Below are positions 23,071-35,343 of a stretch of DNA of 64,000 nucleotides, piece by piece (the first letter of the stretch is position 1; every line of letters starts with the position of its first letter). This stretch comes from Tubiluchus corallicola (taxonomy: Eukaryota; Animalia; Priapulida): NCBI GenBank assembly GCA_030141605.1, contig JAQGDQ010000748.1:1-64000 (forward strand), in the 5' to 3' direction. Made by a program: the position numbers and the translations under genes. The notes beneath the pieces are model-generated. The model had not been told where the DNA came from, did no database searches, and saw only the letters and a list, made by a program, of their open reading frames with translations.

Positions 23071-23630
23071 TTATTTTTAACATGTGCATTTCCTATTTTA
23101 TCTAACAACGATAGCAATGATATGTGAAATGGTATAGTAATCCTAATTGGTATAGTAATTATTATTTTTGTTTATAAATTTGACTTATTTTGCATGCGTG
23201 ATATGCATGAACAAACCCTAATAGAAATCGAATTTGAACAGGTTTTTTTGCTTTAAGATGTTCAAATAAATTTCGAATCGTTAATAAAAACTACAGTGTG
23301 CACAAAAAACCCAATTACTTAGTTCTGAGATGAGGAAGACTGAATGTAGCATGGTCGCTGATTTACCACCGAGACTATAAATTATATAACTTAAAAATTA
23401 GCCAAATTCACAGAAAAAATAGTCTAGCGCACTTAGCAAACTGTTGAATCAACTTTACTTAATGTTTCTAAGTGACATGTTTGGTACCTAGGTGTTATTT
23501 TGTAGGCCTAAAATTGTACGTTTTATTGCGCGACTTCCAAATTGCCTCAGCAAGATGACTCATTAAACTTAAATAATTTAAGCTTGCTTCTACAGGCTTA
23601 CTTCTAAAGGTCATGCTAAGTTGCTTACAA

Positions 23631-23699
23631 AGCAAATTTTATTATCTAAATGCCTTAATGCAGTAAGGCATTAAGGCATTTAGATAATAAAAATTTGCT
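23631..23699. repeat. Near-perfect 31-bp inverted repeat with a 6-nt loop
   Basis: AGCAAATTTTATTATCTAAATGCCTTAATGC-agtaag-GCATTAAGGCATTTAGATAATAAAAATTTGCT (one extra A). Confidence 0.9.
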
Positions 23700-24426
23700 C
23701 TGTACTGCCTTAATGCAGGCTGCAAAAGTCATGATTTCTTTATTTTTGGAGTACTGTCTGCCATACGTCTATAATAATTATTGACGTAACGGGCATAATT
23801 AAAATTAATTACGACGATGATGATGATGTTGAATAAGTGGACGTGTACAGTATTTTAGTGTACAAGTCGTAATAGTAGCACGGTCAACTATTCATCATTC
23901 GTGACGTTGCATGTTAATCACACCACAGTGATATACTGATTACAGAAATCGTTCAGTCAATGACAATTATAATTCTCATTCAGTACTTGTTGTGGCAGTT
24001 ATGCAAGCTTCGAAGCTAGTTTCAAGTAGGTTTTGATTATTCATTTTTATGGACTGACTGTGTCTTTTTGGTTTATCACACAGTTTGAAGTCTTCGTTTG
24101 AAAGGATGATACATTTAGCGAACATTATTTTTGGTTTTAGTGTGGTAAAAGTGAATAGTGGCACAAGTGTCACTCAAGTATTCTCAAAACGTAGACTACA
24201 GAAGTATAGAAAAATTAAAGAAAGTGATTCTTACAAGGCTAAAAATAAGTATGAACGTGAATAAGATTGATATCAGATAATGCAGTAATATGGAGGTGTC
24301 CTGTGTAGCAGTGTAGGAAACATTTTTGTTAATCTTATGTATGAAATAGTTTTTTAGAAGAAACGGGTCAATGTAAATGCTTGGGAATAGGAGATAATAT
24401 AGTTCACCCAAATAGGAGATAATTTT

Positions 24427-25157
24427 CGGCGCTATTACACTTTCGCACCGCCTAGTTTTTTTCTAGGTTATTACTCGTTTCTAGGCTCGTAGGTCATTAT
24501 TCTATTATTCTCACGTCATCAGTGAATGTTTCCGCTAATCTCGTGGTAATTTAATCATATATTTAGGTATAATTACCAATAATTACATTGTATTCACAGT
24601 TGTACACATTCACAGTTGTACACCTATACAGTTCGTATCGCCATCTTGCTTGTGTGTGTAGTCACGTTTATGCTTTATCAGGGCCTAGCTTAAAAGGGCC
24701 ACACTTTCATCTTGACTGCATTTACGAAATAAAGAAAAAACTTTTACTTTTTTATAATCTAATAGTAATAATACTACAGTAATAAATAAAATTAATGATA
24801 AATAACTGCAGTGGTCTAAAATAATTTCCCACGATACAATACAAACTCCCGTGGCTGCAACCCTAATATTCATAAATTATGCGAAGAAACTAAAAATACA
24901 TGTTAAGGGCCACATCGTCACTGCGCGAGAGCGATTGCACATTAGTGGTGTAAACACAGTTATTCACGTGGAGTTTTTTGCGTGATGGTGATGGTAAGTA
25001 ATGTATGATTTTAATCTGGAATTGTAAGGTCTAAAAAGCAATAATATTATGGGAATATGGTGTATATTACGCCTGTTGGTCTGCTTTCTGGCCTGCAGGC
25101 GTGAAAATAACCAATAGGCCAGAAAAAACTAGGCGGTGCGAAAGTGTAATAGCGCCG
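24427..25157. mobile_element. Non-autonomous TIR element with 35-bp perfect TIRs and a 6-bp TSD
   Basis: CGGCGCTATTACACTTTCGCACCGCCTAGTTTTTT at 24427 and its exact reverse complement ending at 25157; AATTTT on both sides (24421-24426, 25158-25163). Confidence 0.88.
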
Positions 25158-26453
25158 AATTTTCTTTTTCTTCCTGATAATGCGTTAACTTCATGAAATT
25201 GAAGGCTATAACACATGGCTGTGCTTTGAGCTCGTGAGTGGCATGCTAGCATGAAACTTCATCCAGTGCAGATAAAAAATAATTTGCAGTGATGCATAAT
25301 AAAAAATAGGTAGAAATATCCCCAAGCTCCTCAAGGTAAGGGCGCCACACCTGTCCCACATTTATCATGCAGTGGAGTACTTTAAAATAATGTACTAATC
25401 GTATGCTTATAGTGCAAGCTACAGCAATAACTATCATCACAAAAGTGCAGTAAAAACTTTATAAGCAAAAACCTGGAAATAATTTATTTTGCTATTTCAA
25501 GCATCTATGTCATGTTTGCCAAATGACAATGAGAATCGCATTGTGCGAAATGTGTCGTTGTGAACGACCGAAAATCATAAAAAATACATTTTATTTGCAA
25601 ATAGTTTAATAACCTGTTAAACCGCTCTTACTGTAGTAGATATGGCTTCTGTCTGTCTGTTACCTATTCTAAAAATAGGCTTAATTTAATAGTGAACGGC
25701 TGCTCTAATTTTGCTAGATTCTGTATTACTGGTTGGCTGTTACAAGACATTATATGCCGACACCTTTTTGCCTATATTTCTGTTGAAACTTCTACATCAA
25801 TAAACGTTTAAGGTATATTCTATTGTTATACCTTTGTCAACATGACAACTTGGCATAAAATGCACTTCCCGGCAACTGCAGCTGCTTGAGCCGGAAGAGA
25901 GAAAAACTTTATACATAAAAGTGATTGCAGATTTATCCTTGTTGAAATTGGTAATTGTGAAGGTTATTATTTTTATTTTCATGACAGTTAGCTGAGTTAA
26001 GTATAATGGTTAAAATGTCTTACTCAGAGTAGTAATGATAAATGAAAAGCATAATAGGAAAAATAAAAATTGTTCAAAATCGTGTCTTAATTGTTTATTA
26101 ATTTTGTTATGCATATATTGGTTGTTCTAATTGTTCTATGCGATAATTTTGTCACATGTCAAAACCATTCAATTGATTTGTAATAATAATTACATTTCAG
26201 GATTACCTGAAATGACACTAACGCACAGAAATTCCCAGAGTATATGACAAACATGTGAAGATACAGTGGCTACATAATGTGTCACAAAGCAGTAATAAAT
26301 TTTCTGACATACACAATGTTATACCTGTAATTAATTAATTATGATGGAATGTTACTGACTTTTGAAAACTGTAAAAATATTATATAAGTATCAAGAAAAT
26401 GTCAGCAAAAGCTAGTCATGCTGACATTTTGCATTGCAGAGTGTAAGCAAATG

Positions 26454-26711
26454 ATAATAATAACAATAATCTTTATTTAAAGTTGGCTTTTTGGATGAAA
26501 AATTAACATAAGCTCCAGAGAGTTTTCAGGCCTATGGTAAATAACAATCTACAACGGCATAACTGAGCCTATTATTACCCTAAATACCACACGCCAGGCA
26601 GGCAACAGCAGGTACCATTTTTGAAGTTTTTGGTATTACCCAGCTGCAGTATCGAACTCATGACCTCCAAGACGTAAAGCGGACGCGTTACCACTAGACT
26701 AAACTGTCTGG
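26454..26711 (-). mobile_element. tRNA-derived SINE
   Basis: Minus strand: A box TAGTCTAGTGG, B box GAGTTCGATAC, central ATACCAAAAACTTCAAAAATGGTACC...GCCTGGCG segment, AATAAA and (ATT)n tail. A short relic of the same head lies at about 44300-44388. Confidence 0.75.
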
Positions 26712-26820
26712 TAATAAATTATAATTTACATGAAATGTTACTGAAATCTAGACATTATTTGATCAGGTAAGCTAAATAAACTTAGCCTTGTGTAGCTAAG
26801 TAAAAATATTTGTGTATGCA

Positions 26821-27221
26821 CAGGGATGTATTATGACCATTTGTGGCCCCTAGGCTATTGAAATTATGGAGGCCCCTCAGACGGGTCCACCCTCAACTCG
26901 CCCGCAAGGTGACAAACAAACATGGATTTACAAATCGAGCTCGAAACTGGGACCCCTTATCTCAAATAAAAGGCCTCAAACACGGGGCCTTTATCTTAAA
27001 TAAGGGGTCACTGTTTTTAAAACTGAGTTTTCAGACTCCAAAGCCTCCTTTTTTTAAGTTAAAATTTTATTTTAAGTTAAGTGAATTATTCAGCACTGCT
27101 ACATATTAACATATTATACTCATTTTTCAAAAAAAAGTTATTTTAAAATCTTTTAGTAGGCCCCTCAAATTTAGGGGGCGTGCACTGCAGCCTATACTAG
27201 CCTATAGGATAATCAAGCACT
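26821..27221. mobile_element. Degenerate CAGGG-ended MITE with GGCCCC/AGCCTA subterminal motifs
   Basis: CAGGGATGTATTAT...ATAATCAAGCACT imperfect ends; repeated GGCCCC and AGCCTAT motifs; TSD unclear. Confidence 0.45.
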
Positions 27222-28269
27222 TTGTGCAGATATTGTGAGTTAATATGTAATTAATTAATTTGTGATTAAATACAGTACTCCATGGGCAGTACAGTATCCC
27301 TTATAGCTCTAGGTAACTAAAAGGAATTCTGTGATAATGTACCTAAAGCTGTTGCAGCATGGCAAAAACAAACATCATCAGGTAAAAGTCTCACATGTAA
27401 TGTGTTTAATAATTTGCCTGTTCAAAAGAAATTTTGTAATACTGAAAGTGTGTAGGCTCGTTTAACATGTTATAAATTTAGAACTATCTAAACTGTGTAG
27501 AAAATTAACTATAATATCTGTAGTTGAGACATTAAACTTAGAAAGTATTGAATTTGTATCTCATGTAATTACTAAATTGATTATCTGATCTACTTGGACA
27601 TGATAGCATGGAGCATGTCTACAACAATGCATTAAATAGCAGATTATTTATAAGGCTGACATAATTACACAAGTTTTTTATTTGTGTTATACATCAACAC
27701 TTGTAATCTTACCTAGTAGAACACAGACATTCCAAAGCCACCCGGCAGGTATATAATCATTCGTAAGTTATACGTAATTTTTAAAATATATGAAAACAAA
27801 GCTTAAATTAGTCACATGAACAAATTTTGAAGTCTCATGTAACAGAATAGTTATTATGACTTAACTTTAATTAAATTAACGAAAGACCACAATTAAATAG
27901 CGAAGGTACTGAAAATTCATGAAAAATGAGTACAATGGCTTTACCTCCAAGTCTTGCATACAAATTGCAAGAAATAGAATTATACCTTATAGTGTCCCTA
28001 ACCCCATTACAACCAATACATTCCTCAGCTGTTATGCAACTTTGTTGAGAATTGTAGCACAAACCATTTGAAAACCATTTAATTCTTAATTTTCATTTTG
28101 TTTTTTTGCTGTGTGCTCAACTATTATTATTACTATTTATTTCAAAATTGCAGTACAATTTTCAATTTGTTAGTAGTGTAAGAAATATGAATATTTATAC
28201 ATTGTAATAATTTAAATAAAAAAAGGACAATAAGTAATACAGCAATTAGTCAAGGGGAGTACTAGTTAA

Positions 28270-28740
28270 GTTAATTTTGATATATCCAATCTACTATCAG
28301 GTTAAGTTTATTTCTGCTCAGAAGTTCAAAATGTTTACACTCGATTGCATTCATGATACCTTTCACAAATAATACATGATAACTCTGCTCATTGGTCACA
28401 TTATAAGCGCACTTAGAGACAATCTGTGTTTCATGCGAAATTGTATTTTTAGCATCATACACATTTTGATTGTTGTTATATTTATATCTCAATAGCTGTG
28501 AGTTGTAACAAAAAGTAGAATTAAATTCATTTGTCATGAAGAAGTTTATGAGGCAGTTTTTACTAGCAAGACACGATGCATAAAATTTAGCAAACCTAAT
28601 TTCAAACTGGTAACTAGGTGGCATAATTCTGCTAATATGAAGTAATATGTATATATGCGTACGGTATGGTAATTGACATAGTTTTTTAAACACCAACATT
28701 TCAGGCTGTATCGATAATATTTATACAACTGTTATCAAGT
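28270..28740 (-). mobile_element. Degraded LINE ORF2 3' fragment
   Basis: The 142-aa ORF with KKLCQLPYRTH resembles the post-RT region of LINE ORF2; lies upstream of the Topors coding exons. Confidence 0.35.
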
Positions 28741-29139
28741 TTGCAATTTTGCAATGCATAAAAACTGTGGCAATATGTTCAAAATACTTTAGTTTTAACT
28801 GTGCTATCCAGAAATTAAAATTATGACGTTATTAGTTCTAAAAATAAAGTCATTTCGTTTAGATGGTGTTGTTGGAGAGATCAGTATCTGGCAATATAAA
28901 TAAATAATATATAAATGGCAATATCTTGGCTTAGAAAACAAAAAAGACAGCTCAAACTGATACCAAAATCATCAGCATGAAGAGGAGATTAAGAATATGT
29001 ACATAAATAAACATTCCTGCAAAGCACGCTACCGAGTGCGTTGCACAAATTGTGCATTGAAATATTGTTAACTGTTTCTTTATTATATTGTCTTGATAAT
29101 TGCATTTTATTACAGTCACTTGCATTGATTGTGTATGAA

Positions 29140-29254
29140 ATGGCTTCGTCTCGGTCGACCATAGCAAGTAGATGGGATTCTCCAGCTTCTCCATCACCAG
29201 AGCATGCCGATGTCAAAGAAAGTTTATTAACACCTCCAAGAGAATCGCGGTCTG
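29140..29254 (+). CDS. TOPORS: E3 ubiquitin/SUMO ligase Topors, coding exon 1
   Basis: Acceptor ttattacag ends at 29115, ATG at 29140, donor G|gtaaga (phase 1) joins in frame to the RING exon (ASPDSS). Confidence 0.7.
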
Positions 29255-30916
29255 GTAAGAATGAATTATTTTTTAAAAATCTTAAAAGTAGAGTAGTTGC
29301 TCACAGTTAAGTTGGTTAATGGCTACTAGTGTTATACAATAATTTGTAACATGTAGAAATTTTATGTATGTGAAATGTTCAGTTTTCTGGGAAAGTACCA
29401 ATTCAATTTTTAGCATACAGTATTTACACTTGTTAAGATAACCCCACAAGCTGTAATGCACTTGGTGCTTGTGTCTTGAATGGGTTTTGGAGAAAACTTA
29501 CTATGCATAATGAATCAGCTCTGTGCAAAAAAGCTGGTCTTCAGAAACAAGAATTTAACTTTTCTTTATTAGTGCAAACATCTTTTTTTGGTTAGTTTAG
29601 TTTAGTTTGTTTATTGTAGAAACCCGCAGCAACCGTTACAGCATAGCACTTCAAAAAAACTTATAACATATTTGTTATCTACCCAAAATGCCAAGCTGCA
29701 ATTGTCCTATAGGGTGCTCAGATATAGTTTTTGTGGCTTCTATAAACTTAAGCAAACGAAATTGCCATTTATCACCCTTTGCTGACAGCACTTTGGATTT
29801 GATATCTAATATTCTATCTTGTCAGCGTATAAAATATATGAAAAAGTTATTCAAGTCAAACCTGATTTGGGAGTTGAGGTGTCATACAGGGCTGTTACAG
29901 TCCAGTAAGCTTTACTCTGAATCTGTGCTTGCTGCTTGCTGAACAATTTAATCTTTTCCCTTTAAACTAAAAAAAATGATTCTCTGCTGTTGTTCAATGT
30001 AGTTCACATGAATTTATAGGAGTATATGTGTGGTTTGTGTGGTGGTGGCTGCAGTGATTCCATATCTGATTCCCACTAGTAGCTGTGATATATGTTGTGT
30101 TCATGAGATTCACCGAGATACTTATGCCGCCTTAAAATAACAATTTAATGTTATATTCTGTGTTATATAACAGAGTTGCATTCTATGTAGTTTTGATTTT
30201 TCTGTATTAACTTACCTATGATTGATTTTACGTTAATAAAATTAATTTTACCAAACACTACTCTTATTTTTACGCTTAGCATATATTTCATTGATACGAA
30301 TATATATAGTAACTTTGCATGTACATAAAATTATCTATTTTATTTGTTTGTAATTATGTAAATGTATATTATTTTATGCAGGTGCAAAACTGTTTATTTT
30401 ATTTATAACTTTTAAGTAAACTTAAGAGTCTTAACACACTAACTTCAAAAATTTTAAAACCAGCGTGATTTTATTGATGCTAAAAAAATTTATAGTAAAT
30501 AACCATCATGGGCTATTATGGAAATAATAGCTTTTAAAACCATTTATAATGTATTCATGCAAAAAGTAAATTCTTGTTCTCATTAGATCATGAATGGCTA
30601 TTGGACTGTCACCCATGCATTAAGTACTACCACTTAATGAATCAAGTGGCACATATATGTTCTGCCTATTTTATAGATATTGAAACGTTTCCTAAATTTT
30701 ATTGTATATTTGAGTCTACTTAAATCACTAAGAATTGCGAGTTTTATTATTTTGTGAGAACAAAACTTGGCTATCCATTTAGCCTTTTTATTTGGTACAT
30801 CCTTCCTCATGTGTCTGCTTGGTGCACTTATGTTTTAGTTTTGAGGTTGCTGCTTGTATTGTAGCTCACTGATGGTTTTGTGTTAATTGATTTTAAATTT
30901 TTTTATTTGTTTTCAG

Positions 30917-31026
30917 CTTCACCAGACTCATCGTGTGCAATTTGCCTCAATAAATTAGAAAACAGATGTTTTACAGATAGTTGCCTCCACACGTTCTGCT
31001 TTGCCTGTCTTTTGGAATGGTCTAAG
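30917..31026 (+). CDS. TOPORS: Topors coding exon 2 (RING, N-terminal half)
   Basis: tttcag|...SPDSSCAICLNKLENRCFTDSCLHTFCFACLLEWSK|gttagt; phase 1 to 0; missed by the ORF track. Confidence 0.92.
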
Positions 31027-31764
31027 GTTAGTAAACACAAACAATGAGTAAAGATTATGTAAAACGTTCATTCTTTGATGATCATCAGTGGATGGGCATT
31101 TATCTATTCACACAGCTTTGACTATATGCAAGATGTTGTGTAGGGTTTCACTAGGCTGCTGTTTTTGTTTCCGTTTATGTTGTCGTCGTCAGCAGAGGTG
31201 GCATGAGTGGTGAGGGTTGTGTTTTGGTGCATGTGATGTCATGTGGTCAGCTGTGGGTGATGTGATGGATATAATATGATGTTTGTGATGTGACCTCACT
31301 AGCTCGGTGTGGTGTGGCATGGGCGATGTAGTATAGGTGATGTGGTATGGTGTGAGTTGTGGACTATGGTCAAGATTCTATTGCAGGTTTGGCTAGTTTA
31401 TATCAATCGCCCAAGCAGAAAGAAGTGTTACTGTATTTACTTTATTGTCAGAGAAGAACAGAGACAAAAAGAGGAGATAAGTTAGATTTGGCCCATAACA
31501 AAATGAAATTAGTCTTCCTGCTTATCTAGACTTAGAGCTAAAGTAACTAAAGTTAACTATCATTTAAGCATTATCCCGGTAAATGCTGTTTTGCTGAGGT
31601 TTTCAAGTTTTAATAGCTGTGCTATTGTACATCTTTCAAGCAATTAGAAGTCTCTTCATTTAGTTCTTTGCACTTGTGCTTTTATTGGTTTTATAATAAT
31701 TTGTATCTGTTTAAATTTTACTCTTTGAATAAATTTCAATATTATCTCACACATTTTGATTTAG

Positions 31765-31934
31765 GTGAAACCAGAATGTCCATTGTGCAAGCAATCCTTT
31801 AAAAGCATTATTCATAACATACGTGCTGTTGATGATTATGATCAACACTACCTGCACCAAACTCCTCGATATCCTGAGACATCTGCATACGAGAGAAGTC
31901 TATTTTCTGCCAGTCCTGATGGAAGACGATTTAG
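31765..31934 (+). CDS. TOPORS: Topors coding exon 3 (RING, C-terminal half)
   Basis: tttag|VKPECPLCKQSFKSIIHNIRAVDDY...GRRF-AG|gtgcgg; phase 0 to 2. Confidence 0.92.
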
Positions 31935-33065
31935 GTGCGGTTTGTATTGAGCTAAACAAGTTTGTCCTGACGCAGTGATGAAATGTTTGTCTTTAAAATT
32001 ATTTTTAATAGACACGTTTTTGTTTATCTTTTCTGTAGTACAATTGATAATGCAGAGATCAACAATGAAACATTTCCAAGTTTTAACAAGTGATTACTGC
32101 ATACACGTGTGTACAAGGTGACCATAAAATATTAAGATCTTCCAGAGTAAATGATGTCAACAATGACCGAGTAATAAATCAATAGCCTACTATGTTAGTG
32201 TGTAAGACCCGTGCAAGTGCCTGGGCCGAGTATATTATACCTACCTGATATATATATATATATCTGTGTGTATATATATTCATGTTGAGGGCCCTCAATG
32301 CAATCCACGATAAAGCAGCCTGGCCTTTCATCGCGCATAATTGTTTGTAGTGCCTTTAACCCTAGGATGTCGCAGCCAGGAATTACAGTAATATTTGTTA
32401 AGTTTGTGAAGTAATGTCAAGATGCGAACATTCTCTGATGCGAAGTATCACAGTATGAGTGTTCATTCAGCCCAGCATATAATGAAGGATTATTTCTTTA
32501 CATATTCGTATTGTAGATGATTCTTTAGCGACATCTCCCAAAAACATATCATAAGTCTGCCCCAAAAACTTCACCTTAAAATCATCACCAAGTATATACG
32601 GTATGTGCTAAGATATCAGCTTACATTCAATAATCATTTCTTTTAGTTATTAATTTTTCTGATCGTTTTACATGTAATGTAGGCTGATAATGCAGAGAAC
32701 AGCTTTGAAGCATTCGTAATTTCAATACACGACTGTAAGCTAAGATACCAGCTTTCGTTCATTTGAAACCGCACAGTACTCTAAGTTGGATTTGTGAATG
32801 AGAATTATGTTAGTGTTTCATATGGTCCCGGAAACAGTTGCTTTATTGTATTGTCATTTAGTTCTACCTGTTTGCTATACATTATAATTGATAAAATTTT
32901 TAGTGTGATAATTAATTATTAGTATTATTTTAATCTTATATTTTTCTAATGGTTACTACTGTTTTTTAAGGTTCTGATTTCATTTAACATTGTCATTGTT
33001 GTTTTATTGTACGTAATTATGTGGATCTAATAAACTTAACTAATGACGTCATATTTTTTATGCAG

Positions 33066-35343
33066 GTATCGTACAACAATGGCAGATGGATACTATTCGT
33101 CAACGCCTGATTATCTAAGAGATTACCAGGCTGATTGGTTTGTGCCTACTCTTTCTCGACGAGAGAGGCAGGAACGAGCATTGCGTCGCCGTCTTGATAT
33201 GTTCGATGTTCAAAACTTATGGCGCCGAAGAAATGCTGCAACAACTGAAACGAGGCGGCGTGTGTACAGGTATCGCTTACGGTTGCGTCAAATGCAGAAT
33301 GCGCAACAAGGTTACCGGGACACCAGTCCGGAATTCTTCAGATCGAATCCAGCATGCACACATCGACTTGTTCCGTGGCTTAATCGCGAATTAGCAGTAT
33401 TGCTGTATAATGCTGAAACTCAAATAGCATTTGTACTTGAGCTAATCATGTCATTGATTGTACGATACGAGATTCTGAGTGAAGATATGTATCAGCATCT
33501 TGAACCATATTTACAAAGCGATACGAGACAGTTTCTATATGAATTCTACCATTTTGCTAGGTCACCTCTCGATATGATTGGATATGATCGAATTGTGGAT
33601 TATGAATTTGCCGGCCAGCGACACGAAATACCGGATGAACCACTATCTTCGGCAGCTACAGAAAGTTCACATCCAAATGAAGATCCAGGCATTGATATTA
33701 ATGACGAAGATATTGTTTTTTTGCCACGTGATCCTCGAATATCAATGCCGTCTAGTACTGCATTAAAAGATCGATCTGCTTTTACATCACTTGTTACCAC
33801 GAGGTCTTCCAGATACAGCCATAGTGGAAATACTCCTGAATTGCCTCTGAGTCCATTTCCCGAGGCATCCCTAAGTCCATTTTTGTATTTGAATTCACCA
33901 GTGCATTACCCCGCAAGACGTTCACATGCCAGGTCAAGGTGGCCAAGTTCGGTACCTGCTGCAAATCAAGCTCAAATGGAAGCTGATGCTGGGCAAATGC
34001 TAATTAACAGGGTTAAAAATTCTCTGAGTGACACTTCCAGCGATCCTGCAGGATTGCCATTGCCTCAAATAATTTCATTGTCTTCAGCTTCTGATGGCAG
34101 CGACATTGAATTTGTGGAAGAAGTTAAACCAAAGCGCAAGCGCACGCCTGAAGTAGTGCATATTTCTGATAGTGAGGATGACATTAATACAGATGAGCCG
34201 GGTCCTTCATGGAGGCACATGCCTGGCACACGTTGTGCAACCAGTAGTAGCAGTTTGTCTAGTGATTCAAGCTCACATGGTAGTTCTACTCTAAAAAAGT
34301 CTCCACCATTATCACCGTACTGGAACAGAAAGTTGCACAAACGTATTTGGTCTCCTGCAGGTTCTGATTACACTAGAGATGAGTCTGCATCAAATGAGGA
34401 TCTTTTGCTGAGAGATGCTACCACATTGCAGCATGAGGACAAATACAGTAAAAGCTCATCTAGTGATGCGGGCTCACCAAGTGGTTCGATGAAAAAAAAT
34501 CAAGGAAAAAAATCTAAAATGGCACGGTCATGGCCATTTTGGAAAAATGGCCCTGACAAAAAATCTTTGTCTCGGGCTAGTCCCACATTTAGTCCTGATT
34601 TGCTGACAGGTACTTCCAAGGGTATGTCAGCTTCACCTGAAGGTCCCTTTCATAAGAAGTCACCAGTACTTTGGAAAAGCAAATCACATTCTTTTGCTAA
34701 GCGCATTCTGTCACCAATATTTGATTCCGATTCTAATCATTCAGCTAAATTGCCTCAAAATCAACATTTAAGTGGTACTAAAATGGCTGTAGCAAATGAT
34801 TTTACTTCTGCTGAAATAGATTTCAGACTGCCTTCTCCACCAGGACTTGCCTCTTCTTCAGTGCGTTCGCAAGAAAATCACCCCATGTCTGACAGATCAC
34901 CAGTTTCTTCTTTTCCAGTTGATTTGGATTTCATTGGAGCAGTTGATTCAGACTTGGAAAAAAGTTCTGACAGTGAGTCGACTATTATAATGTCAAAGAC
35001 AAAGAGTAATAACTGTGTTAGTGCCGATGAGTCACCTAGAAGAACGAAATGTACCAGCAAAGATCTGGATGGGTACAAGAAGAGTAGTAAACGTGCACAC
35101 ATACACGAGAATAGCCTCCCTCTAAAGAAACGCCATAAGCACAGATCTTTCCGATCACGATCTAGGCATTCTTCATCTTCACCTGAACGAAGTCATTCTA
35201 AATCACGATTAAGTTCTGTCATTGTTTGTAAAGGAAATCCGCAATTGGATGAGTTTAGCGAGCGTTCCTCGCATCATAGAAGGCACAAAAAGAAAAGACG
35301 CTCAAAACACAAGAAGTCGAAGCATAGGGACATGACACACTAA
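33066..35343 (+). CDS. TOPORS: Topors terminal coding exon
   Basis: tgcag|G completes RRFRYRTT; Topors block SPEFFRSNPACTHRLVPWLNREL...FARSP; SIM-like DIEFVEEV and RTPEVVHISDSEDD; Ser/Arg/Lys/His-rich tail. Spliced total is 2673 nt (890 aa). Confidence 0.93.

Noticed and set aside
26630-26711. tRNA gene
   Set aside because: A and B boxes are present, but there is no intact cloverleaf and the sequence continues into a SINE body and tail.
31140-31370. GTG/GATG-rich tract in a Topors intron as a telomere-like or G-quadruplex element
   Set aside because: It is irregular low-complexity sequence with no consistent unit or spaced GGG runs.
33043-33065. ATG 33043 as the Topors start
   Set aside because: It is intronic. 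The RING domain lies in upstream exons that splice in frame at 33066.
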